DNA of 63,994 nt, counting the filler, from an uncultured bacterium (GTDB taxonomy: Bacteria > CAYJOG01): NCBI GenBank assembly GCA_964371695.1. It is 8 parts of 8 records of this genome, joined end to end, with 100 filler letters (N's around TTAATTAATTAA, not from the genome) between each part and the next. Parts side by side here need not be neighbours in the genome. Positions count along the whole stretch, not along the records: positions 8,468 to 16,783 come from CAYJOG010000102.1; positions 16,884 to 25,182 come from CAYJOG010000103.1; 6 more parts are not named here. The stretch is one strand, 5' to 3'. The notes under the pieces are model-generated. The model was given only the letters and a program-made list of their open reading frames with translations. It did not search any database and had not been told where the DNA came from. Of the stretch, positions 9,777 through 19,195 are shown piece after piece. Made by a program: the position numbers and the translations under genes. Each line of letters begins with the position of its first letter. The first letter of the stretch is position 1.

Positions 9777-10541
9777 GTGGATTTGCAGATTCTCTGGCGG
9801 CCGGTGGAAAAGTTTTTTTACACCGTGGGGGCGGTGTTCCTGCTTACGGTGCGGTCACTGGCGAGCTTTCTTTCCCTGCGTCTGGACCTGGGCGTGTTGA
9901 TGGAACAACTGGCCATCATGGGGCTCAGCAGCCTGCCCATCGTGGCGCTCATCAACATCTTCACCGGGGCCATCATGGCGCTTCAGCTCACGCGCCAGGC
10001 GGTGACCTATGGGGCCACGCAGTTTGTGGGCATGGCGGTGGCGGTGGTGATGGCCCGCGAACTGGGGCCAGTGCTGACGGGTGTGGTGATGGCCGGGCGC
10101 GTGGGCAGCGCCATGTCCAGCGAAATCGGCACCATGGTGGTGACCGAGCAGGTGGACGCCCTGCGGGCGCTCAGCATCAGCCCCACCCACTATCTGGTGG
10201 CCCCCCGCATGGTGGCCTGCATGAGCATGGTGCCAGTGCTTTCCATGATCTGCGGCGTGATGGCGGTGTATGCCGGGTTTGTGGTGGCGGGCGCGCTGGC
10301 GGACATTCACGGCAAAATCTATTTCGGCTCCATTCAGGAGAGCCTGCGGCCCTATGACGTGACGGTGGGGCTGTTCAAGAGCGCCTGCTTTGGCGTGACG
10401 GTGGCGGCGGGGGGGTGCTTCAAGGGTCTGGACACCACCGGCGGGGCGCGGGGCGTGGGGCAGGCCACCACGGGCAGCGTGGTGCTGAGCATCCTTCTGA
10501 TATTCTTGGAGAACTTCATCATGACGGCGGTGTTTTTCTGA
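9777..10541 (+). CDS. mlaE: MlaE-family ABC transporter permease
   Basis: RELGPVLTG, AGRVGSAMSSEIGTMVVTEQVDAL, GGARGVGQATT; GTG 8 nt after TATACT (alternative ATG 9741). Confidence 0.9.
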   Translation: MDLQILWRPVEKFFYTVGAVFLLTVRSLASFLSLRLDLGVLMEQLAIMGLSSLPIVALINIFTGAIMALQLTRQAVTYGATQFVGMAVAVVMARELGPVLTGVVMAGRVGSAMSSEIGTMVVTEQVDALRALSISPTHYLVAPRMVACMSMVPVLSMICGVMAVYAGFVVAGALADIHGKIYFGSIQESLRPYDVTVGLFKSACFGVTVAAGGCFKGLDTTGGARGVGQATTGSVVLSILLIFLENFIMTAVFF

Positions 10542-11539
10542 ACGGTTTTTTCGGAAAATGGTTTCTGGGGCTTTTCCTTCTGGCGGCGATGCTGGGGGCA
10601 CCCGCTTTGCGGGCTGAGGAATCCGCCCCCCTCAAGGGCCTGAGTGTGCGGGACATGGACGTGTATTACAGCGAGCGGCTGGACATGGTGAACCTCACGG
10701 GCCGGGTGCTGGACCTGCGGGACATCCTGCTGAGCAATCAGGAGGAAGACCTCACGCTGCCCCGCTACACGTGGTTGCCCAACTACACCGTGCGGCTGTG
10801 GCTTCAGGCCGGGCCAAAGGGCAAAAAGCTGGCGCTCAACGAACTGGCGCTGATGCTGGACACCGATTTTTTCGACAACGAAAAAGGCATCATCACCCTG
10901 CGTCACCGCGACCTGGGCGTGCTGGCCGAGGTGTGGTATGGCGGCAAGGGCATCTGGGGGCCCACCCCCACGCCCCCCGCGCCCTCCGCCAGTGTGCTGA
11001 TTCCCTTTGACCGCCTCAGCAGCGGCGCGGGCGGTGTGCCGCCCTTGCCGCCGTTGCCCATGCTGGGCAGCGCCACGGGGGCGCCCCCCGCCCCCCCCGC
11101 CGGTGGGAGTGATTTTGAATACGTCATCACCGGAGCCGCAGCCGCCAGCGGGCCGGAGAGTTACAACATCACCATGAAATCGGGGGCCGGGGGTGGCGCG
11201 GCGGCGTTGCTGGCCCAGGCCGGTCAGGCCCGGCAAAAGGTGGACGTGGTGGTGAGTTATGCCACGAGCACCGTGCTGCCGCCGTCTCTCAGCGGCAAAC
11301 GCACCATCACCATGCCCTGCACCGTGGGGGCGCAAGGGGGGTTGAGTTGCGGGCCGGTGTGGCTGCCCCAGTCTGAAAAAGCCACGGCGGTGGCGCTTTG
11401 CAGCGTCAAGGATCCCCCGGCTGCTGTCAGTTCCGCGAACCCCATGGTGGGCAACATGCTGGCGGGGGCCACGGGCGGCCCCAAAGCGGCCAGCCCGCCG
11501 GTGGACTGCTCGGCCCGCACACCTGTCGGAAGGCCGTGA
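10538..11539 (+). CDS. Secreted hypothetical protein with Pro-rich linker
   Basis: Signal-peptide-like N-terminus ending ALRA; possible CTG start overlapping the mlaE stop; start uncertain. Confidence 0.6.
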   Translation: MNGFFGKWFLGLFLLAAMLGAPALRAEESAPLKGLSVRDMDVYYSERLDMVNLTGRVLDLRDILLSNQEEDLTLPRYTWLPNYTVRLWLQAGPKGKKLALNELALMLDTDFFDNEKGIITLRHRDLGVLAEVWYGGKGIWGPTPTPPAPSASVLIPFDRLSSGAGGVPPLPPLPMLGSATGAPPAPPAGGSDFEYVITGAAAASGPESYNITMKSGAGGGAAALLAQAGQARQKVDVVVSYATSTVLPPSLSGKRTITMPCTVGAQGGLSCGPVWLPQSEKATAVALCSVKDPPAAVSSANPMVGNMLAGATGGPKAASPPVDCSARTPVGRP

Positions 11540-11574
11540 GCCGTCTGGATGCCGCAAAGGTGCGGCCCGACGCA

Positions 11575-11750
11575 AGAGGCCATGGATGGCCGTTTCCGCC
11601 GCCGTGTTCAGCACGGTCGGGAATGGGCGAAAAATTTTCATCGAAAGTAGCAGTTGAATATCAACCAGTTTTTGTGGGTCCGGCTGAACCGTGCGGCGTC
11701 GTTCGTAAGGTTTCACGGATGAAACCGACGAACCAGAAAATATAAGCTGG
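11575..11750 (+). repeat. Family A structured dispersed element, copy 1 (candidate ncRNA or MITE)
   Basis: GGCC-ATGGAT-GGCC hairpin, long stem, GTTCGT-AA-GGTTTC-ACGGAT-GAAACC-G-ACGAAC hairpin, CAGAAAATATAAGC tail. Confidence 0.9.
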
Positions 11751-11823
11751 GTGGGCGGTTTAATTTGTGCACAGAGTGCTCTCCCTGTCTACTTGAATAA
11801 GGTATTTGCTCTAGGATTCCCCC

Positions 11824-12642
11824 ATGAACACTCAAGGTGTGTTGTGTGTGGTGGCGCTGCCCCTGGGCAACCTGGGGGACATCACCGACCGGGCGCGGGA
11901 AACCCTCAAAAACGCCCAGGCCATTTACGCCGAAGACACCCGCTCGCTGCAAAAACTTTCTTCGCTGCTGGGGCTGGGCCTGAGTCACCCCAAAATCCAC
12001 AGCCTGGACACCCACCACGAGGCGCGCAAGACAGAGGAAATCATCCGCCGCGTGCTGGGCGGTGAACAGGTGGCCCTGGTGAGCGAGGCGGGTACGCCCG
12101 GCGTGAGCGACCCCGGCGCACGGGTGGTGGCGGCGGTGCGCAGCGCGGGCGGCCCCGTGGCGGCGGTGCCGGGGCCAAGCATTCTTTCTGCTGCCCTGAG
12201 CCTGTCGGGACACGAGGGGCCGGTGGTGTGGCTGGGTTTTGCACCGCGCAAGGGCAAAGAACTTTTGGACTTGGTGCAGGTTTATCCCCCCCAGGCGGCG
12301 CTGTTTTTTCTCGAAAGCCCCCGCCGCCTACGGGACACCCTCACGCTGCTGCATGACCATTTCGCCGACACACCGGTGCTGCTGTTCCACGAACTCACCA
12401 AACTGCATGAAGAAGTGCTGAGCGGCACGCCCGGCGAACTGTTGTTGCGGCTGGACGCCGAACCCAAAGGGGAGTGGGCGCTGATGCTGCTGCCCAGGGC
12501 CGTGCAGGGTGAAGACGCAGAAAAACTCACCCAGGCCCTTGCGCTGGTGCAGGCGCTGAAACAACACCTGCCCCCCAGCACCGCCGCCCGCGTGGCGGCC
12601 CAGGTGACGGGCGTGGCCAAAAACAAACTGTATGGGGTGTGA
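11824..12642 (+). CDS. rsmI: 16S rRNA (cytidine1402-2'-O)-methyltransferase
   Basis: PLGNLGDIT, AEDTR, VSEAGTPGVSDPG, ESPRR, ELTKLHEE. Confidence 0.93.
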   Translation: MNTQGVLCVVALPLGNLGDITDRARETLKNAQAIYAEDTRSLQKLSSLLGLGLSHPKIHSLDTHHEARKTEEIIRRVLGGEQVALVSEAGTPGVSDPGARVVAAVRSAGGPVAAVPGPSILSAALSLSGHEGPVVWLGFAPRKGKELLDLVQVYPPQAALFFLESPRRLRDTLTLLHDHFADTPVLLFHELTKLHEEVLSGTPGELLLRLDAEPKGEWALMLLPRAVQGEDAEKLTQALALVQALKQHLPPSTAARVAAQVTGVAKNKLYGV

Positions 12643-12696
12643 TGCCATTACCGTCAGGTTTGAGAGAAAAGTCGCGGATTATCAGGGGGTTTTTAA

Positions 12697-12837
12697 CGTA
12701 GCCCCGGCGTCTCGCCGGGAGTATTTGCCGCGCCAGAGGCGCACACCTTGCAGGATATTACAATTATTAGCCTGAAAAAAGCCTGTTTCACGCCGCCTTC
12801 GGCGTTTTTTTTCTCCCGGCGGGACGCCGGGGCTACA
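12697..12837. repeat. Inverted pair of GTAG-type REP palindromes
   Basis: GTAGCCCCGGCGTCTCGCCGGGA and TCCCGGCGGGACGCCGGGGCTAC. Confidence 0.75.
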
Positions 12838-12919
12838 AATAACACTGACAGCAATGGGGTGTGACCCCCGTGATGGACCATCTCATAAATGGCGAAGGCT
12901 TGGGTTGTAAACTCTCGCC

Positions 12920-13894
12920 GTGAGCGCACCGCTTGTCGAAACCCGTCAGCTCAGCCGCCGCTTTGTCATCAAAAAAAGCTGGCTGGGCAGGCCGCTGAAA
13001 ACCCTTCAGGCGGTGGACGCCGTAAACCTGACGGTGCATGAGGGCGAGATTGTGGGGGTGGTGGGTGAAAGCGGCTGCGGCAAAAGCACGCTGGGGCGGC
13101 TGATGCTGCGGTTGATTGACCCCACGGGCGGGGCGGTGTTGTACCGGGGAGAGGACATCACGCAGCAGAGCCAGAGCCGCCTGCGCCCCATGCGCCGCCA
13201 CATGCAGATCGTTTTTCAGGACCCCTACAGCAGCCTCAACCCGCGCTTCACCGTGTTCCAGACCCTGGCCGAGCCGTTGCAGATACACCGGATATTGCCG
13301 ACAAAAGCATTGCGACCCAAGGCCGAGGAACTGCTGGGGCTGGTGGGCCTGCCGCTGGACGCCCTGGACCGTTACCCCCATGAGTTCAGCGGCGGCCAGC
13401 GCCAGCGCATCGCCATTGCCCGCGCCATGGCGCTGGGGCCGGAGTTCATCGTGGCGGACGAGCCGGTCTCCAGCCTGGACGTGAGCATTCAGGCCCAGGT
13501 GCTGAACCTGTTCAAGGAGTTGAAGGAAAAGTTCAACTTGGCCTACCTGTTCATCAGTCACAACCTGTCGGTGGTGGCGCACCTGTGCGACCGGGTGGTG
13601 GTGATGTACATGGGGCAGGTGGTGGAAGAAGCCCCCACGTCAGACCTGCTGGCTCGCCCCCTGCACCCCTACACGCAAACCCTGATGGCGGCGGTGCCGG
13701 TGTTGAGCGAAGACGAACGGCCCGACCTGCCCGAGGCGGCTTCGCGCACCGGCGGCGAAGTGGCGGCGGAAATACCCAGCGCGGGCTGCCTGTTCGCGCC
13801 CCGCTGCCCTTTGGCCGAGGCCGCCTGCCGCGAGGGCGTCATTCCTCTGGAAAACAAACAGGGGCGTCTGGTGCGGTGCCTGAAGGTGAGTTAG
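12920..13894 (+). CDS. Oligopeptide/dipeptide ABC transporter ATP-binding subunit (OppF/DppF-like)
   Basis: GESGCGKS, FQDPYSSLNP, FSGGQRQR, ADEP, C-terminal GCLFAPRC. Confidence 0.93.
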   Translation: MSAPLVETRQLSRRFVIKKSWLGRPLKTLQAVDAVNLTVHEGEIVGVVGESGCGKSTLGRLMLRLIDPTGGAVLYRGEDITQQSQSRLRPMRRHMQIVFQDPYSSLNPRFTVFQTLAEPLQIHRILPTKALRPKAEELLGLVGLPLDALDRYPHEFSGGQRQRIAIARAMALGPEFIVADEPVSSLDVSIQAQVLNLFKELKEKFNLAYLFISHNLSVVAHLCDRVVVMYMGQVVEEAPTSDLLARPLHPYTQTLMAAVPVLSEDERPDLPEAASRTGGEVAAEIPSAGCLFAPRCPLAEAACREGVIPLENKQGRLVRCLKVS

Positions 13895-13975
13895 GCGTTA
13901 TTTGGCCAAGTGGCGGTGACCAGGGGAATGGTGTACCATTCGGCTGCTAAAAGTCGCAACTTTTGTGATGAGAAT

Positions 13976-14049
<74 letters not shown>

Positions 14050-14052
14050 CCC

Positions 14053-14088
14053 AAAAAGCGGCCCCCCGAAGCGGGGGCGGCTTTTTTT
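14053..14088 (+). terminator. Intrinsic terminator after tRNA-Arg
   Basis: AAAAAGC-G-GCCCCC / GGGGGC-G-GC followed by T7. Confidence 0.8.
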
Positions 14089-14240
14089 GCCGACTTCCGA
14101 CCTCCAACTTCCTGTTTTTGATATCGGGATCGAGGATTTGAACATTGACAAGGGCCATTGAGGGCCATGTCCGAGCGCTTGCCACATCCACCAAGGCTTC
14201 TTAGCATCTCCCGCAGGGGTGGGCGTTTTCCCGCCGGGTC

Positions 14241-16615
14241 ATGACACTCAAACAACTTCAACGGCTTGAGCAGGTTTTTCGCTGGATGGCGCGGCTGGTG
14301 GGCCTGGCCCTGGCTTATGGCGCGGGCATCGGCCTGCTGCTGGGCTTCACAGGCCTGGGGGCGGGGTTGTGGTTTCTGGATTCCATGATGAAAGACCTGC
14401 CCTCCATTGAAGAGTTGCGCATGGACCGGCCCTCTGAAACCACCAAGGTCTATGCCGCAGGCGGCGAGTTGCTGGGGGAGTTTTTTCTGGAGAACCGCAA
14501 TTTCACCCCAATCCATGAAATACCCGAGGGGTTGAAAAAAGCCTTTCTGGCGGTGGAAGACACCGACTTTGAAACCCACCGGGGCGTGAAGTTTGAAAGC
14601 CTGATGCGCGCCGTGATGGCCATGAAAAAATCGGGCCGCGCCAGCCAGGGCGGCAGCACCATCACCATGCAGATCACCCGCGACCTCTACCTGAGCCGCG
14701 AGAAAACCTTCATTCGCAAGTTCAAGGAAATCATTCTGGCTTTCATGCTGGAGCAGCGTTTCAGCAAGGATGAAATTCTGGAGATGTACCTGAACAAGAT
14801 TTATTTCGGCGAATTCGCCTATGGGGTCTACACCGCCGCGCAGACCTATTTCGGAAAAGTCCCCCAGGACCTCACCGTGGCCGAGTCGGCCTTTTTGGCG
14901 GGGGTGGTGCAGCGGCCCTCGCGCCACAGCGCCTACCGCAATATTCCCCAGGCCACGGCCCGGCGCAATCTGGTGCTGGGGCGCATGCTCAAGGTGGGGT
15001 TCATCACCCAGACGGAACACGACGAAGCAGTGAAGGAGCCTTTCCGGTTGCGCTACAAGGGCCTGCCGCCACCCCCCAGCCTGGAGCGCCTGAAATATCC
15101 GCACTTCACCACCTTTGTGCTGGGTCAGTTGCTGGACACCTATGGCAAGGACGTGGTGTATGGCGGCGGCCTGAAGGTATACACCACGCTGGACGTGAAA
15201 AAACAGAAACTGGCCGAGCAGGCCCTGGCCGCCGGACTGGAACGTTATGGCAAAGCCCACCGCGTGAGCGAAGGCGCGGTGGTGACGCTGGAGGTGGGCA
15301 CGGGACACATTCTGGCCATGGTGGGGGGCCGGGATTTCAAGAACAGCAAGTTCAACCGGGCCGCCCAGGCGCTGCGCCAGCCAGGGTCGTCGTTCAAACC
15401 CATTGTCTACGCCACGGCCTGCGAAGAGGGCTTCAACATGTCCAGCCGCGCGCTGGACGCCCCCACCCGCATTCCCCTGGGCGGCGGGCGTTTTTATGAA
15501 CCCAAAAACAGCGGCAAGGGACACAGCGGCTGGCTGACCCTGCGCCAGGCCCTGACCCGCTCGGTGAACGTGGTGGCGGTGAAGGTGATCAACCAGTTGG
15601 GGCCGGAAAAGGTCATTGCCATGGCCCGGCGCTTTGGCGTCACCGCGCCCCTGCATCCGGTGCTGTCGCTGGCGCTGGGGTCCAACGAAGTGGTGCCGCT
15701 GGAAATGACCGCCGCCTTTGCCGTGTTTCCGCAGCAGGGGCTGTATGTGCCCCCCACGGGCATTGCGCGCATCACCGACCGCCTGGGCAAGGTGGTGTAT
15801 GAAGGGGGCGAAGAAGCCCCCCGCCGCGCCATCAGCGAAAAATGCGCCTTTGCCCTGGTGCAGGCCATGAAGGACGTGGTCTCGCGGGGCACCGCCCGCG
15901 CCGCCCGCATCAAAAACCACACCGTGGCGGGCAAAACCGGCACCACCAGCGATTTCAAGGACGCCTGGTTCATCGGTTACACCCCGCGCCTCACCACGGC
16001 GGTGTGGGTGGGCAACGACAGCGGCCAGGTGATGCGCCGCGTGTTTGGCGGCACCGTGCCCGCGCCCATCTGGCAGGATTACATGTCCAAGGCGCTGGGT
16101 GAGGAAAAGGGAGAGGACTTCCTCGAACCTTCGGTGGAAATGACCAAGGCCGAGTTGGGGCTGGGGCGGGGCGAGACCATCGGCGACACCCGGCGGCACA
16201 AACGCAAGTCTGATGAAGACATCGAGATTGAAGACCAATATGTAAAGCCCAGCTTTTTTGAGGAATACGCCGACCCCCTGCAAACCGAGACCGGCACCGA
16301 GAATGCGCCCCAGGAGTTTGACGAGGAACTGGACGTGGAAACCACCGGCGGCGGGGGCGGCCGCCCGGCCCCCGGCCCGATGGTGGAGGAATCGGCCAAA
16401 CCGCCGCAGACCGCGCCGGAGCCGCCACGGGAAACGCCCCCGGCGGGCCAGCCGCCCCCCCCCGCCCCCGCACCCCCCCGGGGAANNNNNNNNNNNNNNN
16501 NNNNNNNNNNNNNNNNNNNNNNNNNNNNNNNNNNNCGCCCCCGCCAGCCCCCAAACCCGCCCCCAAGCCCACCGTGCCCATGGTGGATTTTGAAGAAGCC
16601 GACGACGCGTTTTAG
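14241..16615 (+). CDS. mrcA: Class A penicillin-binding protein (PBP1A) with acidic/Pro-rich tail; internal N gap
   Basis: TGase motifs EDTDF, QGGSTITMQ, RKFKE; TPase SSFK, SVN, KTG; the frame after the gap most plausibly ends ...VDFEEADDAF-TAG at 16615. Confidence 0.9.
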
Positions 16616-16699
16616 GGCAAAGCCACGCTTGATGCAGACAAATAATGCGTGGCCATTTTTGCCCTCTCCCTGAGAGCCTGTCATTACCCACAAGTCGGC

Positions 16700-16726
16700 G
16701 TCATTCCCGCGAAAGCGTGAATCCAG
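16700..16726 (+). repeat. GTCATTCCCGCGAAAGCGGGAATCCAG-type REP; other copies 55734-55760, 55857-55883 (inverted), 60443-60561 (degenerate pair)
   Basis: Recurrent ATTCCC-N8-GGGAAT palindrome. Confidence 0.8.
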
Positions 16727-16750
16727 GGGAATATAAAAAACCGCCTTATT

Positions 16751-16776
16751 CCCCTCTCCCCTTTACGGGGAGAGGG
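16751..16776. repeat. CCCTCTCCC-n-GGGAGAGGG palindromic repeat family; also about 16918-16938, 41983-42032, 63755-63775
   Basis: Repeated imperfect palindrome in intergenic DNA, often at scaffold ends. Confidence 0.75.
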
Positions 16777-16982
16777 TGGCCGCNNNNNNNNNNNNNNNNN
16801 NNNNNNNNNNNNNNNNNNNNNNNNNNNTTAATTAATTAANNNNNNNNNNNNNNNNNNNNNNNNNNNNNNNNNNNNNNNNNNNNGCCCGTGACCTCACTTG
16901 CGTTCGGTCACGGTCTGCCCTCTCCCTCAGGGAGAGGGAAAGGCCGGGCATCGCCCTTTGTCTACGTCAAATATGAATTGCT

Positions 16983-17252
16983 CTAACCCATGTATTGATA
17001 CAACGTGGCCAGGAGCACGCCGGTGTAGTTCACCATCAGCTTGAGCAGAAACGGACCAAACAGCACCAGGGTGAAAAACACCGCCAGAATCTTGGGCACG
17101 AACACCAGGGTGATTTCCTGAATGCTGGTGGCCGCCTGCACAATGCTGATGAGAAGCCCCACCACCAGCGTGGCTCCCAGAATGGGCAGGCTCGCCAGAA
17201 TCGTCACTGTCAGCGCCCGCTGGGCCAATGTGAGAACCACGTCTTCGGTCAT
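16983..17252 (-). CDS. fliQ: Flagellar export protein FliQ
   Basis: GLLISIVQAATSIQEITLVFVPK. Confidence 0.95.
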   Translation of the reverse strand: MTEDVVLTLAQRALTVTILASLPILGATLVVGLLISIVQAATSIQEITLVFVPKILAVFFTLVLFGPFLLKLMVNYTGVLLATLYQYMG

Positions 17253-17264
17253 GGGTTTTCCTTT

Positions 17265-18092
17265 CTATCGGAACGACAGCACCAAGCTCCGGCCCAACAG
17301 GTTCCAGCCGTCTACCAGCACAAAAATCAGCAGCTTGAAGGGCAGTGAAATCATCACCGGTGGCAACATCATCATGCCCATGGCCATGAGTGTGCTGGCA
17401 ATCACCATGTCAATCACCAGAAACGGCAAAAAGATCACAAACCCCAACTGGAACCCCGTGGTGAGCTCGCTGATGAGAAACGCCGGCATGAGCACATAGG
17501 TGGGCACATCCTCAATGGTTTTGGGCTGTTTTTTGAGTTTCGCCATGGACACGAACAGGGCCAGATCGCGCCTGCGGGTCTGGCGCACCATAAACCCCCG
17601 CAGGGATTTTTCCGCTACTTTCAGGGCTTGGCCGCTCGTGATTTTTTCTTCCATATACGGCGTGTAGCCCTTGTCGTACACCTCTGTAATCACCGGCTGC
17701 ATCACAAAAAAAGTGAGGAAAAGCGTGAGGCCCACCAGCACTTGGTTGGGGGGCATCTGCTGAGTGCCCAGGGCGTTGCGCACCAGCGACAGCACAATGA
17801 TGATGCGCGTGAAGCTGGTGAACATCACCAGCAGGCTGGGCAACAGCGCCAGCAGCGTGAGGCCCAGCAAAATTTGGAGCGAGGTGGAAACCTCCTGCGG
17901 GGTTTTGGCGGTTTCAGCCCCAAAGGTGATTTTGGGAATGGGCAGGGACTCGGCCCCCAGCGCCATGCCCCCCACCAGCAGCAGCACCAGTGCAGCCGTG
18001 GCCACGCCCCAGCGCCGCCACAGGCGGATCAGGTCGGGCCGCTTTGGGGTAACAACGGAAGGAGTCGGGCTGTGCCTCAAGAAACGCATCAT
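17265..18092 (-). CDS. fliP: Flagellar export protein FliP
   Basis: TSFTRIIIVL, GTQQMPPNQ, MGMMMLPP, LPFKLLIFVLVDGW. Confidence 0.96.
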   Translation of the reverse strand: MMRFLRHSPTPSVVTPKRPDLIRLWRRWGVATAALVLLLVGGMALGAESLPIPKITFGAETAKTPQEVSTSLQILLGLTLLALLPSLLVMFTSFTRIIIVLSLVRNALGTQQMPPNQVLVGLTLFLTFFVMQPVITEVYDKGYTPYMEEKITSGQALKVAEKSLRGFMVRQTRRRDLALFVSMAKLKKQPKTIEDVPTYVLMPAFLISELTTGFQLGFVIFLPFLVIDMVIASTLMAMGMMMLPPVMISLPFKLLIFVLVDGWNLLGRSLVLSFR

Positions 18093-18098
18093 ATCGCC

Positions 18099-18791
18099 TC
18101 ACACGGCACCGGAGCCGCCCTCCCCTGGGCCGGGCTGCTCACCCAGACGGCGCAGGCGCTGGCGCAGGCGGCCCACGGTGCCTTCCATCTCGGTGCGCAG
18201 CACCGCGCCGAACTCCTCGGCCAGTTCCTGCTCCAGCACCCCCAGATTTTCCACCCGCCCCAGGTCCACCAATCCCTTCTCCGTATTGGCCAGCAGGCGC
18301 ACTTCACCCGCCACGCTCACCAACATGAGCTGGCGGTTCAGCGCCACCGGCAGCGTGTCCAGCACCCGCATGTGGCGTGAGCGGCGCATTTCCGAAAGCG
18401 GCCCCGGCAGAAACTTTTTGACCAGCCAGAGCACCAGCCCCAGCAGGCCGAACACCAGCAGCAGGTTGCCCATCACCCCCCACAGGCTGGGGGGAGCCGA
18501 TTTTTCAAAATCGGGCTGGATGTAACCGAAGGGGTCCTCGGCGCCGGGCGCGCCTTCTGGGCGGAGCGTGGCGGCGGTGTTTTTTTTGCCCTCAGGGTCG
18601 GGCAAAAACGGATCGGGTTTTTCGGCCCTTGGTGTTGCCCCTTTGGCTGGCGCATAGGCGGGGGGCGCCTCTGGCGCGGGCGCGCTCTGCACCGCCCCAG
18701 GCAGGCAAAACACCAACAGACCCAAAAGCAAAAAAATGCGACGGGCACTGGTTGCCCGCCTTTTCTGCCAACCCCCGGCCCCCGAATGCAC
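18099..18791 (-). CDS. fliO: Flagellar biosynthesis protein FliO/FliZ
   Basis: TM segment followed by MRVLDTLPVALNRQLMLVSV; lies between cheY and fliP; start uncertain. Confidence 0.75.
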   Translation of the reverse strand: MHSGAGGWQKRRATSARRIFLLLGLLVFCLPGAVQSAPAPEAPPAYAPAKGATPRAEKPDPFLPDPEGKKNTAATLRPEGAPGAEDPFGYIQPDFEKSAPPSLWGVMGNLLLVFGLLGLVLWLVKKFLPGPLSEMRRSRHMRVLDTLPVALNRQLMLVSVAGEVRLLANTEKGLVDLGRVENLGVLEQELAEEFGAVLRTEMEGTVGRLRQRLRRLGEQPGPGEGGSGAV

Positions 18792-18820
18792 GGCTTGTTC
18801 CTGCGGCTGCCCCGTGCGGG

Positions 18821-19183
18821 CTATTTGCGCAGCACCTTGTTGACGGCGTCCATCACACGGTCGGCCTGAAAGGGCTTCACAATGAAATCCTTGGCCCCGG
18901 CCTGTATGGCGTCAATGACCATGGCCTGCTGACCCATGGCGCTGCACATGATGATTTTTGCATCGGGCGCGATGCGCATGATGCCCTTGACGGCGGTGAT
19001 GCCGTCCATTTCCGGCATGGTGATATCCATGGTGACCACATCGGGTTTGGTGTCATTGTATTTCTGCACGGCCTGTGCGCCGTTTTCAGCTTCCCCGACC
19101 ACTTCATAACCATGCTTGGTCAGGATGTCCCTCAGCATCATCCGCATGAAGGCGGCATCGTCAACTATTAGAACGGTGGCCAA
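18821..19183 (-). CDS. cheY: Chemotaxis response regulator CheY (Bacillus/Thermotoga type)
   Basis: VDDAAFMRMML, MDITMPEMDG, CSAMGQQ, KPF; TTG start with AAGGAGG RBS. Confidence 0.95.
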   Translation of the reverse strand: MATVLIVDDAAFMRMMLRDILTKHGYEVVGEAENGAQAVQKYNDTKPDVVTMDITMPEMDGITAVKGIMRIAPDAKIIMCSAMGQQAMVIDAIQAGAKDFIVKPFQADRVMDAVNKVLRK

Positions 19184-19195
19184 AACGGATCCTCC

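Noticed and set aside
11613-11682. Family A interiors as unique guide or spacer sequences
   Set aside because: Lengths are similar, but copies 3 and 4 share GGYCGGKGCTTA, ACAAG, TTGAATC and AAATA, so the interiors look like diverged homologues rather than independently acquired guides; no associated nuclease is seen
16536-16673. PBP1A C-terminus as given in the ORF track
   Set aside because: The frame is arbitrary after the N gap; another frame gives a coherent PAPKPAPKP...DDAF stop at 16615
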